From Eledone cirrhosa (lineage: Eukaryota), in NCBI GenBank assembly GCA_964016885.1, contig OZ024760.1, positions 19,282,001 through 19,346,000 on the forward strand: DNA of 64,000 nt, read 5' to 3'. Shown here in pieces: positions 62,065 through 64,000 of this stretch; the first letter of the stretch is position 1, and each line of letters begins with the position of its first letter. The translations under genes were made by a program, and so were the position numbers. Below the pieces are notes generated by a model that worked only from the letters and a program-made list of their open reading frames with translations, ran no database searches and was not told the DNA's origin.

Positions 62065-63000
62065 TCTGAATACAGCAGATTTCTGCCAGTGAAAGCTAGA
62101 GGAAGCGAGAGAATACAAGTGCGAAAGATATAGAGAGGAAGAATCGACACCAGTATTAGACTGGTACTTTTTTTATAGACCCCGAATGTATGAAAGGCAA
62201 GGGTCTGAATACAGCAGATTTCTGCCAGTGAAAGCTAGAGGAAGCGAGAGAATACAAGTGCGAAAGATATAGAGAGGAAGAATCGACACCAGTATTAGAC
62301 TGGTACTTTTTTTATAGACCCCGAATGTATGAAAGGCAAGGGTCTGAATGCAGCAGATTTCTTCAAGAGAAAGCTAAAATAAATAGTGAGAGAATGGAGG
62401 TGAGAAAGTGATGAAGAAGAAGAATCAACCCAGTATTAGACTGGTACTTTTTTATCAACCTCGAATGGCTGAAAGGCAAATGTTTGAATACAGCAGATTT
62501 CTTGGAGAAAAAGATAAAATAAATCGTGAGAGAATGGAGGTGAAAAAGAGATTTAGAGGAAGAATCGACACCAGTACTAGACTGGTACGTTTTTGCTGGA
62601 CCTCGAATGGATAAAAGACAAAAGTCTGAATACAGCAGATTTCTTCCAGGGAAAGATAAAGTGAGAGGATACAAGTGAGAAAGAGATAAAGAAGAAGAAT
62701 CGACCCCAGTACTTGACTGGTCTTTTTTTTTTTATCTATCTCTAGTGGATGAAAAGCAAAGGCCTAAATACTGGAGATTTCTTCAAGAGAAAAATAGTAA
62801 GTGAATGGAAGTGAGAAAGAGATATAGGGGGAAGAATTGGCCCTAGTAATTAACTGGTATTTTTCTTATCGATCTCGAATGGGTGAAGGGTAAAGTTAAC
62901 CTAGGTGGGATTTGAACTCAAAGGGAGCCGAAACGAGTACCGCAAAGCACCGTAACTGACCTTCAAACGGCGCTCTACCGATCCTGCCAATCTACCGCCC
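62065..63000 (-). repeat. ~139-bp tandem array (6 units) derived from a Meta-type SINE body, ending in a SINE head
   Basis: Units start at 62065, 62204, 62343, ~62483, ~62625 and ~62763. The first two are identical. Head at 62890-63000. Confidence 0.8.
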
Positions 63001-63299
63001 TCGTACGGAGACAATAATGACGTTTATTCTCTTGATTAACATCTGATAGTAATTTAGCAGTTCGTTATGCAACTACAAGCCATTTCTCTTTCATCCTTTT
63101 ATATCTTACCCCCGACAGACCCTGCAGATATTGTTCCCTGCCCCCCTGTCCCCTCTCCAGTAAACTGTTAGCCCCCCTTCTCCTGTCTTCCTCCTCAACC
63201 CCCCCCCCCCCCTCACACTTCGTTATTTCTGTGAATGGCTTAACAATAGTCACCATAGACTAGCATTTTATTCAAGATGTTGCATTAGTTTCAGACATC

Positions 63300-63925
63300 C
63301 CCTCCGCTACCACCACTCTACCACCATACCACCACCTCTACTATACCACCATAACACGACCTCCACTATACCACCATACCACCACCTCTACTACCACCAC
63401 CTCCACTGTTACCACCACCATAACACGACCCCACTATACCACCATCACACCACCTCCACTATACTACCACCTCCACTACCACCACACCACCACCACAATA
63501 CCACCACACCACCACCACAATACCACCACCTCCACTAGCACCACACCACCACCACACTTCAACCTCCACCACCAGCACCACCATACTACAACCTTCACCA
63601 CCACCATACTGCCACCTCCACTTCCACCACACCACCACAATACCACACCACCACCACTACTATCACCTTCCACCACCACCATACAACCACCTTACCACCA
63701 CCACCATACCACCATTTCCACTACCATCACCCCTCATCCGCCCACCTCACCCTCTTCTCCACCCCCGCTACCCACCTCACCCTCTTCTCCCCCCCCCCGC
63801 TACCCCCCCCCCATCTCGACACTTTCTTCTGATGTCTTCCCTCGCTAATGAATAGTGTTCAGTCGTCACCATCATCATAATCGCCGCCTACTTTTTCATC
63901 ACCACCATCACCATCATCATTATTC
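63300..63925. repeat. (ACC)n / C-rich low complexity
   Basis: Direct inspection. Confidence 0.9.
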
Positions 63926-64000
63926 AACTTAAGCAATTTTCCCCTCCAGGAAGTCTTATAGAAACACATGTTATAAAACAAACAATTCAAATCATTATTA

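Overview
This is AT-rich, repeat-dominated eukaryotic DNA with a 200-N gap at 25465-25664. The SINE repertoire resembles that of octopod cephalopods (inference from recalled consensus sequences, not a search). No intact protein-coding gene can be supported, and almost all long ORFs in the track are translations of (TA)n/(CA)n/(ACC)n microsatellites. The window holds about 30 copies or fragments of a tRNA-derived Meta-domain-type SINE, CORE-SINE fragments, two kinds of RTE LINE 3' remnants, an RTE-derived ~610 bp non-autonomous element (3 long copies + 1 fragment), a CRE-like RLE remnant, Penelope-like GIY-YIG remnants, a TA-flanked MITE, a hAT-type MITE, and several TE-derived tandem arrays. 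The main signal is a dense set of type I hammerhead-ribozyme (HHR) motifs. Eight have a complete CUGAnGA...GAAA...NUH core (families A, B and C), and about 10 more are variant or partial. They sit in short Penelope-like terminal-repeat fragments, most of them next to (TA)n. Families B and C share a self-complementary (UA)n helix III and a conserved C-C mismatch in helix II, with compensatory changes between copies. These fragments repeatedly form inverted duplications, and several have their axis in or next to the ribozyme core.
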